Assembly (NCBI GenBank): GCA_963823195.1
Contig: CAWGKR010000011.1
Location: 534,122-598,121 of the forward strand
Length of the DNA: 64,000 nucleotides
From: an uncultured Acidobacteriota bacterium
GTDB taxonomy: Bacteria; Acidobacteriota; Vicinamibacteria; Fen-336
Direction of reading: 5' to 3'
Both the position numbers and the translations under genes were made by a program. Positions 36,822-45,848 of this stretch are shown piece after piece (position 1 is the first letter of the stretch; the number at the start of each line of letters is the position of its first letter). Below the pieces are notes generated by a model. That model was not told the DNA's origin and ran no database searches. It worked only from the letters and a program-made list of their open reading frames with translations.

Positions 36822-36861
36822 AAAGCAATAAGACCCTCGAAAGAGGAAATCCTTCGAGGGC
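36822..36861 (-). terminator. Rho-independent-type terminator downstream of tRNA-fMet
   Basis: The minus strand reads CCCTCGAA-GGATTTCCTCT-TTCGAGGG (8-bp stem) followed by TCTTATTGCTTT. It lies about 20 nt after the tRNA 3' end. Confidence 0.5.
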
Positions 36862-36882
36862 CGTAAGTTCTTATGATTGAGT

Positions 36883-36959
<77 letters not shown>

Positions 36960-37107
36960 ACAGATGACACCTCGGAATCTAACAGGGACACACCGTCCTG
37001 TCAATGGTGAGTCGAGGGCGGGTCTAACCGAAGACGACGCAAAGAGTTGTGCGGAGTCTGAACCTTTGGGGGCCCAACCGCGTCCAATCTGCTGAGGAGG
37101 GCAGCCC

Positions 37108-37308
37108 ATGGCCAGCCCAGTCGTCGTCGCGGTCGAGATGGAGTGCCCGCTCTGCGGGCGAGCGATGCGCACGACGGGGCCGTTCGCCGACGGCGGCGGC
37201 GCCCACCTCGTCGCGCTGTTCAAGCACGGCGGAGGGGCCGAAGGGTTCCTTCTCTGCGCCGAGTGCGGGATGCTCGCCGACTTCCCGGCGGGGATCACGA
37301 TGAACTGA
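37108..37308 (+). CDS. Small zinc-ribbon-like protein (66 aa)
   Basis: GAGGAGGG lies about 6 nt upstream of the ATG. It has two CxxC pairs (CPLCGR ... CAECGM). Confidence 0.35.
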   Translation: MASPVVVAVEMECPLCGRAMRTTGPFADGGGAHLVALFKHGGGAEGFLLCAECGMLADFPAGITMN

Positions 37309-37331
37309 GGGGCGGCGGCTACAATACCGGC

Positions 37332-37715
37332 ATGCCGCTCCTCGGGCTGCGCCATATAGCCCTTCGCGTTCGAGATCCCCAGGCCAGCAAGCGGTTCTAC
37401 GCCGAGTGCTTCGGCATGTCGGTGGTCTGGGAGCCGGACGCCGACAACGTCTACATGTCCTCGGGCGTCGACAACCTGGCGCTCCACCGCGACGCCGCCG
37501 TGACGCCGGGCGCTCTCGACCACATGGGCTTCATCGTCGAGTCGAGGGAGGACGTGGACGCATTGGCCGAGCGGTTCCGGGGCCGGGGGGTGTCCATCGC
37601 CGCCGAGCCCCGCGACCACCGCGACGGCAGCCGCTCCTTCTACTGCCTGGACCCCGACGGGCTGAAGATCCAGATCCTCTACGAGCCCACGCTATCGCAC
37701 CAGCGCCTCGTCTGA
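37332..37715 (+). CDS. VOC/glyoxalase-family protein
   Basis: M64 of ORF 37143..37715. The sequence MPLLGLRHIALRVRDPQASKRFYAECFGM...LDHMGFIV...SFYCLDPDGLKIQI fits the typical paired beta-alpha-beta-beta-beta module pattern. Confidence 0.75.
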   Translation: MPLLGLRHIALRVRDPQASKRFYAECFGMSVVWEPDADNVYMSSGVDNLALHRDAAVTPGALDHMGFIVESREDVDALAERFRGRGVSIAAEPRDHRDGSRSFYCLDPDGLKIQILYEPTLSHQRLV

Positions 37716-37832
37716 GGCGCGTGCGGCCTGCGCTTGACGGGAAGCCGGGTGCAGGAGCACACTTCCGCCACAGTTTTCCGACGCTGGCGCCGGGTGCGCC
37801 AACGCTGTTCCTGCCCCTGGAGGTAAGACCGT

Positions 37833-38201
37833 ATGGAGGACAACAAGCCCCTGGGTTCTTCGGAGCCTCCGGCTCCCGCGGAGCCCGCCACGCCGAGCTG
37901 GTCCGTCCCCGTCTACACGCCGCCGGCGCCCGCAGCGCCCGCCCCCGCCGCAGCCCCCGCCAAGAAGGCGGCCGCACCGAAGAAGAAGGCCGCCAAGCCC
38001 AAGAAGAAGGCCAAGAAGGCGGCGCGAAAGCCCGCCAAGAAGGCCAAGAAGGCGGCCAGGAAGAAGGTCGCGAAGAAGAAGGTGGCCAAGAGGAAGCCGG
38101 CTCGCAAGGCTGCCAAGAGGGCCAAGAAGCCTTCGAAGAAGGCAAGGAAAGCGGCCAAGAAAGCGAAGAAGGCCAAGAGGGCGTCGAAGCGGAAGAAGTA
38201 G
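37833..38201 (+). CDS. Histone H1-like / AlgP-like lysine- and alanine-rich basic protein
   Basis: 122-aa ORF with GGAGGT upstream. The N-terminal part is Pro/Ala-rich, followed by about 80 aa of KKAA/AKKA repeats (AKKAAAPKKKAAKPKKKAKKAARKPAKKAKKAARKKVAKKK...). Confidence 0.65.
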   Translation: MEDNKPLGSSEPPAPAEPATPSWSVPVYTPPAPAAPAPAAAPAKKAAAPKKKAAKPKKKAKKAARKPAKKAKKAARKKVAKKKVAKRKPARKAAKRAKKPSKKARKAAKKAKKAKRASKRKK

Positions 38202-38281
38202 CGGAAGCTCGCGCTCTCGAGAACGATTCGTAGCCCCGAAGGGGCGCACCGGCGTGCGCCCCTTTTGTCGTTTCCCGATCC

Positions 38282-39310
38282 CTAGGGAACGATCATCGTC
38301 TTCAGGCCGTCCCCTTGGGGCATCTGGCCGAGGATCTGGGGAAGCGCGTCGAGGGGCGCCTCCGCGCTGATCAGGCCGCTCAGGTCCACTCCCCCGCTCC
38401 CGAGCAGGCGCAGGGCCTCCCGGATGTCCTGGGGCGTGTGGTGGAACGTGGAGGTGATGGTCAGCTCCTCGTAGTGGATGCGCTGGGCGTCGATCCCGAT
38501 GAGGGAATCGGCGGGACACCCGGCGAACAGGTTCACGAGACCCCCCTTGCGCACGGCGCGGATGGCCGCCTCCGACGTCTCCGGGGCGCCCGCGGCTTCG
38601 ACCACCACGTGGGGTCCGCGCCCTTCGGGACTCTCCCGGCGGAGGAGGTCGGCGAGGTCGTCCCGCGGCCCGACGACGATCGTGTCGTCGGCGCCCATCT
38701 TCCGGGCCCGCTTCAGGCGGTCGGGCCGGCGCCCCACGGCGACGACGTGGGCTCCCCGCGCTCGCGCGAGGGCGATGAGCATGAGCCCGATCGGTCCCAC
38801 TCCGATGACGGCGACCGTCTGACCGGAAGCGATGCGGCTCTCCTCGATCCCCCGCACGACGCAGGCCAGGGGCTCGGTGATCGCGGCCTCGCGGAAGCCG
38901 AGGCCCTCGGGCAGGCGCAGCAGGTTGCGCCGGGCCACCCGCGCCGGGATCCGGACGAACTCGGCGTAGGCGCCGTTCCAGAACATCAGGTCGTCGCAGA
39001 GGGTCTCGCGTCCCTTGACGCAGTACTCGCAGTCGCCGCAGGGGGCCGAGTTCGCGACGACGACCGCCGCGCCGGGCTCGATCCCGTGCGGTCCGGGCCC
39101 CACCTCCGCCACGATCCCCGAGACCTCGTGGCCGAAGAGCGCGGGCGGGACGATCATCCTGGCGTGGTATCCGCGGCGAAAGACCTTCCCGTCGGTGCCG
39201 CAGGTGAGGGCGGCGCGGGTCCGGATCAGCACGTCCCCGGCCTCGAGGCGCGGGACCGGGACCTCCTCGATGCGCACGTCCTCGCGACCGTGGAGAACGG
39301 CCGCCTTCAT
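38282..39310 (-). CDS. Zinc-dependent MDR alcohol/polyol dehydrogenase
   Basis: The C-terminal 342 aa of ORF 38282..40264, from MKAAVLHGREDVRIEEVPVP. Motifs: CGTDGKVFRRG, GHEVSGIV, CGDCEYCVKGRETLC, VIGVGPIGLM. Confidence 0.85.
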   Translation of the reverse strand: MKAAVLHGREDVRIEEVPVPRLEAGDVLIRTRAALTCGTDGKVFRRGYHARMIVPPALFGHEVSGIVAEVGPGPHGIEPGAAVVVANSAPCGDCEYCVKGRETLCDDLMFWNGAYAEFVRIPARVARRNLLRLPEGLGFREAAITEPLACVVRGIEESRIASGQTVAVIGVGPIGLMLIALARARGAHVVAVGRRPDRLKRARKMGADDTIVVGPRDDLADLLRRESPEGRGPHVVVEAAGAPETSEAAIRAVRKGGLVNLFAGCPADSLIGIDAQRIHYEELTITSTFHHTPQDIREALRLLGSGGVDLSGLISAEAPLDALPQILGQMPQGDGLKTMIVP

Positions 39311-39318
39311 GGTGCGGC

Positions 39319-40362
39319 TCACGCGTTCATGTCCAGGACGACCTTCAGGACGCCGGGGGCGGGCTTGGAGGCCAGCTCGATCGCGCGCGGCGCCTCGGAG
39401 AGCGGCAGCCGGTGGGTGACCAGCTCCCGGACCCGGATCTCCCGCCCGAAGACGAGCTGCGCCGCGAGGTCCTGGACGTCGATGGACGAGCTGTAGGAGG
39501 TGAGGATGTCCTTCTCGGCGGGGCAGAGGACGCCCAGGTCCACCTCGGCGGTCTCGCCCGGAGACGTGGCCGAGAAGACCATCACGCGTCCCGCCGGCCG
39601 GGTCGCGTCCACGGCCTGGCGGAAGGCCGCGGGCCCGACGGCCGCGAGGATCGTCCGATCGGCTCCCCGCCCTTCCGTCATGCCCCGCACTTCCTTGACC
39701 ACGTCTCCCAGGGCGTCGATGGGCGTGGCACCGCAGCGGCGGCTCATCTCGAGCCGGTCGGGCATCGTGTCGGAGGCGAGGACCTCGGCCCCCGCCCATC
39801 GGGCGAGCTGCGTCAGGAGCAGTCCGATGGGACCCTGGCCCACGACGAGCACCGTCTGCCCCTTCCGGATGTCGGCCTTCTTCACGGCCTTGAGGCAGGT
39901 GTTCACGGGCTCGACGAAGGCGGCCTCCTCGGCCAGCACGCCGTCGGGAATCGGGATCGCCCCGCGCTCGACGATCCAGTCCAGCGCCTTGACGAACTCC
40001 GCGTAGCCTCCCCCCGACGGCTCGAAGCCCGCGGTCGTGCCGTTCTTGTTGTAGAAGGCGCACTGGGCGTAGGCCTTCTCGCGGCAGTAGAAGCAGTCGC
40101 CGCAGGGTATGTGGTGGTGAAGGACGAGGCGGTCCCCCTCGCGATAGCGGGAGACGCCGGCGCCGACGGCGGCCACCGTGCCGGCGATCTCGTGGCCGAA
40201 GACCCGGGGCCCGGGGATGTGCCCCTTGTGGACCTTCTTGACGTCGGTCGGGCAGATGCCGCACACGTCCACGCGGACCAGGGCCTCTCCGGGCCCGGGG
40301 ACGGGCGTCTCGATCTCCTCGACCCTGAGGTCGTTCTTGCCTCGATAAACCGCAGCGCGCAT
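39319..40362 (-). CDS. Zinc-dependent MDR alcohol/polyol dehydrogenase (second, divergent paralog)
   Basis: Intact 347-aa ORF. Motifs: VCGICPTDVKKVHKG, GHEIAGTV, CGDCFYCREKAYAQC, VVGQGPIGLL. Confidence 0.85.
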   Translation of the reverse strand: MRAAVYRGKNDLRVEEIETPVPGPGEALVRVDVCGICPTDVKKVHKGHIPGPRVFGHEIAGTVAAVGAGVSRYREGDRLVLHHHIPCGDCFYCREKAYAQCAFYNKNGTTAGFEPSGGGYAEFVKALDWIVERGAIPIPDGVLAEEAAFVEPVNTCLKAVKKADIRKGQTVLVVGQGPIGLLLTQLARWAGAEVLASDTMPDRLEMSRRCGATPIDALGDVVKEVRGMTEGRGADRTILAAVGPAAFRQAVDATRPAGRVMVFSATSPGETAEVDLGVLCPAEKDILTSYSSSIDVQDLAAQLVFGREIRVRELVTHRLPLSEAPRAIELASKPAPGVLKVVLDMNA

Positions 40363-40428
40363 CGGCGAAGGAGCAGTTTATCGCGTTTGACGGCGGGTCG
40401 CCGAGTCCCTAGGATTGTCCAGGCCGCA

Positions 40429-41931
40429 ATGCCCACACCCCAGGCGCTCGTCCTCGTCGTGGACGACGACCCTGCCTTCGGCGCGATGGTTTCCGAAGTC
40501 TTGTCGGAGAGGGGCTTCCGCACGGCCGTGTTCTCGGACCCCGAGGCCGCCGTCGCGGCTTCCGCGGACGGTCGGTTTGCCGCCGCGGTCGTGGACCTCG
40601 TGATGCCGCGGATGTCGGGGTTCGAGCTCGTCGCGCGCATCAGGGCCAAGAGCCCCGAGACCCAGTTCGTGATGTTGACGGGCCACGGCGACGCCGATGC
40701 CGACGTCACGGCGGAGGGCGCGAAGATCGGGATCCTGGACTACGTCCCGAAGCCAGCGATGCCGTTGCGCCTCCTCCTGGCGTCGGTCACCGCAGCGGTG
40801 GATCGGTGTCGCCTCACCCGCGCGAACATGGACCTGCTGCAGCAGCTCGCCGATTCCACCCATCTCCTGCGGGCGCTCCAGGAGATCGGCACGAGCCTCA
40901 GCGGCGAGGCCCATCTCGACCGCCTCCTCGCGCGCCTGGTGGAGGCGACGAAACAGCTGTGCGGCGCCGAGGGTGGACGGGCGATGCTGTTCCGCCGCAC
41001 CGACGATCCCGAAGGCTTCGTCGTGGAGACGGCGGTCGGCGACGGCAGCTCCGCGACGCAGGGCGCGCGGCTCCGGTCGGGAGAAGGGCTGGCGACCTTG
41101 GCGGTGGATCGCGAGGAGGTCATCGACGTCCTCCAGCCCACGGGCCACCCGCGCTACTCCCACCGCTGCGACGAGCTGCCCACGAAGCGTCCGGCGTTCC
41201 TCGCGGCCCCGCTCCGCCACGGAGCGGTCTTCGGGGCCCTGATCGTGGGAGGGCGGGACGGCGGCTTCACGAGCGACCACGCCGAGATCATCCGGAGCCT
41301 GGGCCGCCAGGCCGCTGTGGCGATCGAAAACGCCCTCCAGCAGGAGCGGTCGGCGAACTTCGTCTCCCACGTCTCGGACATCCTCGTGGGGATCCTCGAC
41401 AGCATGGACGTCTACTATCCCGGCCACTCGCGACGCGTGGCGGCGCTCTCCGACATGGTCAGCCGGCGCCTCGGCATGAGCGACGAGGAGCGGCGGCAGG
41501 TCCACATCGCCGGCCTCCTCCACGACATCGGCAAGATCCGCCTCGATCCGGGCTTGCTCCGGGACGAGGGGAAGATGACGCCCGAGCAGAGGGCCGAGGT
41601 CGAGCGGCATCCGACCCTCGGTGTGGAGATCCTGAAGCCCATCACCCTGTGGGAGCACATCCTCCCGATCATCCACGCCCACCACGAACGGTGGGACGGC
41701 AGGGGCTACCCACGGGGGATCGCGGGTGAGGAGATCCCGAGGGGTGCGCGGATCGTGGCTCTAGCCGAGGTCTTCGACGCCATCAGCCGCCCCGGGCCCC
41801 ACGTGCCGAAGCGCAGCATCGACGAGGCGCTGGCGGAGATCTCCCGATGCGCCGGCACCCAGTTCGACCCGGAGCTGGCCCGGGTCTTCGTGGAAGAGTA
41901 CCGGCTCCACGCCGACGATATTCGCGTCTAG
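40429..41931 (+). CDS. Response regulator with GAF and HD-GYP domains (putative c-di-GMP phosphodiesterase)
   Basis: Starts at the internal ATG of ORF 39412..41931 (MPTPQALVLVVDDDPAFG..AAVVDLVMPRMSG). The GAF-like middle region follows. The HD-GYP region reads GHSRRVAALS, GLLHDIGKI, HHERWDGRGYPRG. The upstream part of the ORF is antisense to the dehydrogenase gene. Confidence 0.88.
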   Translation: MPTPQALVLVVDDDPAFGAMVSEVLSERGFRTAVFSDPEAAVAASADGRFAAAVVDLVMPRMSGFELVARIRAKSPETQFVMLTGHGDADADVTAEGAKIGILDYVPKPAMPLRLLLASVTAAVDRCRLTRANMDLLQQLADSTHLLRALQEIGTSLSGEAHLDRLLARLVEATKQLCGAEGGRAMLFRRTDDPEGFVVETAVGDGSSATQGARLRSGEGLATLAVDREEVIDVLQPTGHPRYSHRCDELPTKRPAFLAAPLRHGAVFGALIVGGRDGGFTSDHAEIIRSLGRQAAVAIENALQQERSANFVSHVSDILVGILDSMDVYYPGHSRRVAALSDMVSRRLGMSDEERRQVHIAGLLHDIGKIRLDPGLLRDEGKMTPEQRAEVERHPTLGVEILKPITLWEHILPIIHAHHERWDGRGYPRGIAGEEIPRGARIVALAEVFDAISRPGPHVPKRSIDEALAEISRCAGTQFDPELARVFVEEYRLHADDIRV

Positions 41932-42774
41932 CCGCCCAGGATGCTGCGGAGGACGAAGAGGATGTTTTCGCGGCGCTCGCGCAGGCGCCGGTAGAAGTAC
42001 GGGATCCAGTGGGTGCCGTACGGGACGTAGATCCGCATGTTCTGCCCGGCCTTGACCAGCTCGTCCCAGCGCTTCGGCCGGAGCCCGTACAGCATCTGGA
42101 ACTCGAAACGCGCGGCGGGGATCTTCTTGCTCCCTCGCGTAGGCCAGGACGTCCTGGACGAGGCTCTCGTCGTGGGTGGCGATCGCGGGGTAGTTCCCGC
42201 CGTCCAGGAGGAGGCGGGCGCAGCGCTTGAAGCTCCCGCGGATTTCCTCCATGTCCGTCCAGGCGATGGAGGCAGGCTCCTTGTAGGCGCCCTTGCAGAG
42301 CCGAACGCGGTCCTTCCGGGCGATGGCCTCCTTGACGTCGTCCTCGGTCCGATGGAGGTAGGCCTGGAGCACGATCCCCACGTTGTCGTAGCTCTTCCGG
42401 AGCTTGCGGAACACGTCGATCGTCCGCTGGGTGTGCTTCGAGCCCTCCATGTCGACGCGCACGAAGCCGTTGAGCCTGCGCGCCTCGTCCAGGATCCCCG
42501 ACGTCAGCTCGAGGCAGAAGTCCTCGGCGATGTCGAGGCCCATCATCGAGAGCTTGATGGAGACGTTCCGCTCGATACCGTCGGGGATGGCGCGGAGGAG
42601 GGCCTTGTTGGCTTCGGCGCAGCGGCGGGCAGCGTCGCGGTCCAGCACGTCCTCGCCCAGCAGGTCGAAGGTGGCCCGTATGCCGCGGCCTTGGAGGCGC
42701 CGCCCCACCGCCACGGCGTCCTCGGCCGTCTCCCCGGCCACGAAGCGCCGCGCGAGAAAGGTGAGGGCCTTCAC
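41928..42774 (-). CDS. Monofunctional proline dehydrogenase (PutA N-terminal-domain-like). One frameshift near 42100.
   Basis: V256 of ORF 41761..43539 ([21 protein letters not shown]...[32 protein letters not shown]...ATHDE). The tail [40 protein letters not shown] is in another frame and ends at 41928. Its GTG start overlaps the queF stop (GTGA). Confidence 0.8.
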
Positions 42775-43136
42775 CGCCGCTTCGCCGGCCGCCGGCCCGC
42801 CTTCTCGTAGGTGGCTCGAACGACGGAGGAGATTCCGCCCCGCACGTTGAACTCCCCTTCGACGATCATGCTGCGAGGCGCCACGGCCGCGACGAGATCG
42901 TCGAGGATCACGTTGGTGACGTGCTCGTAGAAGATCCCCCGGTCCCGGTAGGCGACGAGGTAGAGCTTGAGGCTCTTCAGCTCGACGCAGAGCTTGTCGG
43001 GAACGTAGGTGATCCGGATCGTCGCGAAGTCGGGTTGTCCCGTCTTCGGGCAGAGGGCCGTGAACTCGGGGCAGGTGTGGACGATGGTGTAGTCGCGGCG
43101 CGGGTGGGTGTTGGGGAAGGTCTCGAGGGCGCGCAT
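42771..43136 (-). CDS. queF: NADPH-dependent 7-cyano-7-deazaguanine (preQ0) reductase, unimodular type
   Basis: Intact 121-aa ORF. Motifs: [19 protein letters not shown] and the QueF motif ELKSLKLYL. Confidence 0.88.
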   Translation of the reverse strand: MRALETFPNTHPRRDYTIVHTCPEFTALCPKTGQPDFATIRITYVPDKLCVELKSLKLYLVAYRDRGIFYEHVTNVILDDLVAAVAPRSMIVEGEFNVRGGISSVVRATYEKAGRRPAKRR

Positions 43137-43154
43137 CCGACGCGATTGTAGCAG

Positions 43155-44142
43155 CTAGCGGCGGGGAGGCTCGAAGGCCTCCCTGGCCTTCTCCAGGTCC
43201 CGGGCGATGTCCGCGCGGAGCGACGCCGGCGAGACGACGCGGGCGTGTGGCAGGAAGCCCTTGATCCAGCTCCGGAGCTCCCATCCGGGGGCGACGCTCA
43301 TCTTGAGGACGACGGAGCCGGCCGGCCCGTCGTGCGAGCGTCTGGCTCTCGTGCCAGACCCGCTCGCGGATGTAGCCCGCCATCTCCGCGTCGAAGACCA
43401 GCTCGACCGTCTCGGGCTTCCCCCCGGCGATGCCGAAGGCCCCGCGAGCGTACTCCGAGACGTTGAAGTCGGCGGGCATCTCGAAGGTCGTGTCCAGCAC
43501 CTCGATGCGCTCGATGCGCTCCACCGCGAAGGTCCGCACCTCGCCGTACTCCTGCGGCGCGCGCGTAGAGGTAGAGGCCGCCGTGGTAGTAGACGACGCG
43601 GTAGGGGTCGAGGGTGTAGGACTTGGTCTTCCTGCTGTTGAACGAGAAGTAGGCGATGCGGACCTGCCGCTGGTGCAGGGTCGCGTCGATCAGGGCCGTG
43701 ATGACGTCCTGCTTCTTCGAGTAGTCCTTCCAGGGATCGGGTCGGGCGGAGAAGAGGTCCTGGATCCGCGCGAGATAGGGAAGGCTCTTGGCGGGGAGGG
43801 CCTCGCGGATCTTGGCGAAGGCCGACTCCAGGTCCGCGGCGAAGGGCGCGCCCGCCCAGGAACGACATCAGGTTCTTGCCGAAGTAGAGGGCGGCCAGCT
43901 CCGCCAGGGTGAAGGTCTGGGTGAGGCGCTGCTTGTAGCCGTCGACGAGACGCCAGAGCTTCCGGCCGTCGGAGCGCTCGTCGTAGAGGGGGAAGCCCGG
44001 CTTCCTGGAGCGCCTCGATGTCGCGGCGGATCGTGCGCTCGGTGACGTCGTGCTCCTCGGCCAGGTCGGCCGTGGACGTGTAGCGGCCGGCTTCGATCCT
44101 CTTCAGGATCTTCCACTGCCGGATGACCTCGGCGTTCCTCAT
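43155..44142 (-). pseudogene. HTH + WYL domain transcriptional regulator (YafY-like), with at least 4 frameshifts
   Basis: The N-terminus is the tail of ORF 43690..45381 (MRNAEVIRQWKILKRIEAGRYTSTADLAEEHDVTERTIRRDIEALQEAG). Middle pieces are in other frames. The C-terminus comes from ORFs 41761..43539 and 43155..43868 (FAVERIERIEVLDTTFEMPADFNVSEY..VELVFDAEMAGYIRERVWHESQ..VVLKMSVAPGWELRSWIKGFLPHARVVSP). It has an ATGA overlap with the EAL gene. Confidence 0.7.
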
Positions 44143-45443
44143 GCGGGCTCCTCCCGGTGGAACAGGAACCCCTGGCCCAGCTCGATCCCGAGGGACTGGA
44201 GCGTTTCCCGTTCGCCCTCGCGCTCGATCCCCTCGGCGATGACCCGCGCCCGCATCTTCTCCGCCAGCCCGCGGAGCGTCTCGAGCAGGCTCCGCTTGAT
44301 GCTGCTCTTGTCGATGTCCCGCACGAGGCTCACGTCGAACTTCAGGAAGTCGGGCTCGATCGACGCGAGCGCCTGGAGAGAGGCGTGGCCCGCTCCCATG
44401 TCGTCGACGGCGACGCGGTAACCCCGCTCCTTGAGCTTGCGAAGGGCGCCCTGGAAGCCGTGGTGGCGGCCCACCGCCAGCCGCTCGGTGATCTCCACGA
44501 CGACGTCCCGAGGCGTCATGCCGCTCCGACCCAGGAGGGCCTCCATGGCGCCGCTGAACCACTCGGGGTCCAGGACGGCGGGAGCCGATGCGTTCAGGAA
44601 CAGCAGACCTCGCGTCTCGAGGCCCGGCGAGGTGCGGATCGCCACTCCCCGGCAGAGCCTCTCGAAGTCCACGAGGAGGTCGGTGGATTCCGCGAACGCG
44701 AACAGCTCCTCGACGGAGTCGAAGGACGTCGGCCGCACGACGCGGGTCAGTGCCTCGTGGCCGATCCCGCGGCGGTCGGCCAGCGTGACGATGGGATGGA
44801 AGACCGTCCGCACGCCTCCGTCGGCGATGAGGCGGGAGAGCTCCGCGTGGCGAGCGGCCTCGATCCCCTCCCGGGCTTTCAGGCTCATGAGAATGGCGTC
44901 GGACACCGCCTGCTGCACGCCGCGCTCCGAGCGGGCCATGGGGTGCTCGCTCACCTCGGCGTGACCCACGGCGAGCCGGATCGCGCGGAGGCCCGCCTCG
45001 GGAGGGGCGGCGCGGAGGGCCGCCTGCATCTCGCTCAGGATCCTGTCCCGGCGCGTCGCCGCGCCCGTCAAGCGCTGCTCGCCGCCGCCGAGGAAGATCA
45101 GGAAGCGGTCGGACCGAACGGTGTGGAGGCACGCGACGTCGTCGGGGTCGAGGACGCCCTTCTCGCGCAGCGCGCGGAGGATCGAGGCGAACGTCTTGAG
45201 GGCGTTGTCGTAGGCCGCCCAGCCGAGCTTGGTCTCGTGCCAGCCGGATCGTCCCAGGTCGACGTACAGGACCTCGAGGGCGCGCTGCGACTCGAGGAGG
45301 CGCCGGATGTCCTCCATGACCGCGGGGAGCGCCGGCAGCCCGGTGAGGGCGTCGAAGAGGTGGCCCTTGAAGCGGAGCCATTCCGTGCGCAGCCGGAAAT
45401 AATCCGCGTCCGGCGCCGGCGACAACGATCCTTTCCCTTCCAC
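44139..45443 (-). CDS. Degenerate GGDEF + EAL domain protein (putative c-di-GMP phosphodiesterase)
   Basis: Intact 434-aa ORF. In the N-terminal domain the GGDEF position reads RSDRF. The EAL domain has HPIV..GHEALTR, FLNAS, VVEITE, VAVDDMGAGHASL, DFLKFD and IAEGIE. Confidence 0.85.
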   Translation of the reverse strand: MEGKGSLSPAPDADYFRLRTEWLRFKGHLFDALTGLPALPAVMEDIRRLLESQRALEVLYVDLGRSGWHETKLGWAAYDNALKTFASILRALREKGVLDPDDVACLHTVRSDRFLIFLGGGEQRLTGAATRRDRILSEMQAALRAAPPEAGLRAIRLAVGHAEVSEHPMARSERGVQQAVSDAILMSLKAREGIEAARHAELSRLIADGGVRTVFHPIVTLADRRGIGHEALTRVVRPTSFDSVEELFAFAESTDLLVDFERLCRGVAIRTSPGLETRGLLFLNASAPAVLDPEWFSGAMEALLGRSGMTPRDVVVEITERLAVGRHHGFQGALRKLKERGYRVAVDDMGAGHASLQALASIEPDFLKFDVSLVRDIDKSSIKRSLLETLRGLAEKMRARVIAEGIEREGERETLQSLGIELGQGFLFHREEPA

Positions 45444-45516
45444 GATGGGGAGAGTCTAGGGGAGCCTTCGCATGGATTCAATGCGCTATACTGCGGTCCT
45501 CTTCCCGGAGGACCGG

Positions 45517-45842
45517 ATGGCGGAGCGTCCCCTGAGACTCGGCGACGTGCTCGACGACTACTGTCCGCGCTGCCGCCTGCTCCTCAACCACGACGTGGCG
45601 AGCCTCGTGCGACGGCGTCGTGGCCAAGGTCACGTGCCGCACCTGCTACAACACCCACGACTACCGGAACGCCCAGGTCCCGCCCAAGCGCTCCTCGCAA
45701 GAAGGCACGGACAAGAAGACGCTCATGGAGCAGGTGCTCGCCGGGATGCCCCGAGCCTCCCGCCCCGCCTCCGGCCCCCGAGGTCCCGGTTCGAAAGAAG
45801 CGCGATCTCTGGGCCGAGGTCGAGCGACTCCGGAAGAAGTAG
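45517..45842 (+). CDS. Small zinc-ribbon protein with about 2 frameshifts. It is the first gene of the nucleoside operon.
   Basis: M16 of ORF 45472..45897 ([30 protein letters not shown]). It continues in ORF 45620.. ([13 protein letters not shown]) and ends in the frame of ORF 44157..45842 (..[15 protein letters not shown]). Confidence 0.4.
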
Positions 45843-45848
45843 GGCCCG

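Noticed and set aside
37531-38519. Long ORFs on both strands around the H1-like gene (37406..38233 +, 37531..38145 -, 37692..38519 -, 37913..38176 -)
   Set aside because: They are low-complexity translations of the aag/gcc codon repeat in other frames or on the other strand. Only 37833..38201 has a ribosome-binding site and a coherent K/A-repeat protein.
39311-40264. The upstream 318 codons of the 660-aa ORF 38282..40264
   Set aside because: They are out of frame with, and overlap, the second dehydrogenase gene (39319..40362), which has full MDR motifs. The first dehydrogenase starts at the internal MKAAVLHG.
39412-40428. The N-terminal 339 codons of the 839-aa ORF 39412..41931
   Set aside because: They are antisense to the dehydrogenase gene and low in complexity. 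The REC domain begins at the internal ATG at 40429, after an intergenic gap.
41928-41931. The convergent stop codons of the HD-GYP and proline dehydrogenase genes share a CTAG palindrome
   Set aside because: The observation is real, but it is a trivial consequence of TAG being self-overlapping on both strands. No regulatory inference is justified.
43690-45842. ORFs 43690..45381 (563 aa, -) and 44157..45842 (561 aa, +) as independent genes
   Set aside because: Most of each is a shadow of the EAL gene. Only the extreme 3' tails are real coding sequence belonging to other genes: the WYL N-terminus, and the C-terminus of the small zinc-ribbon protein.
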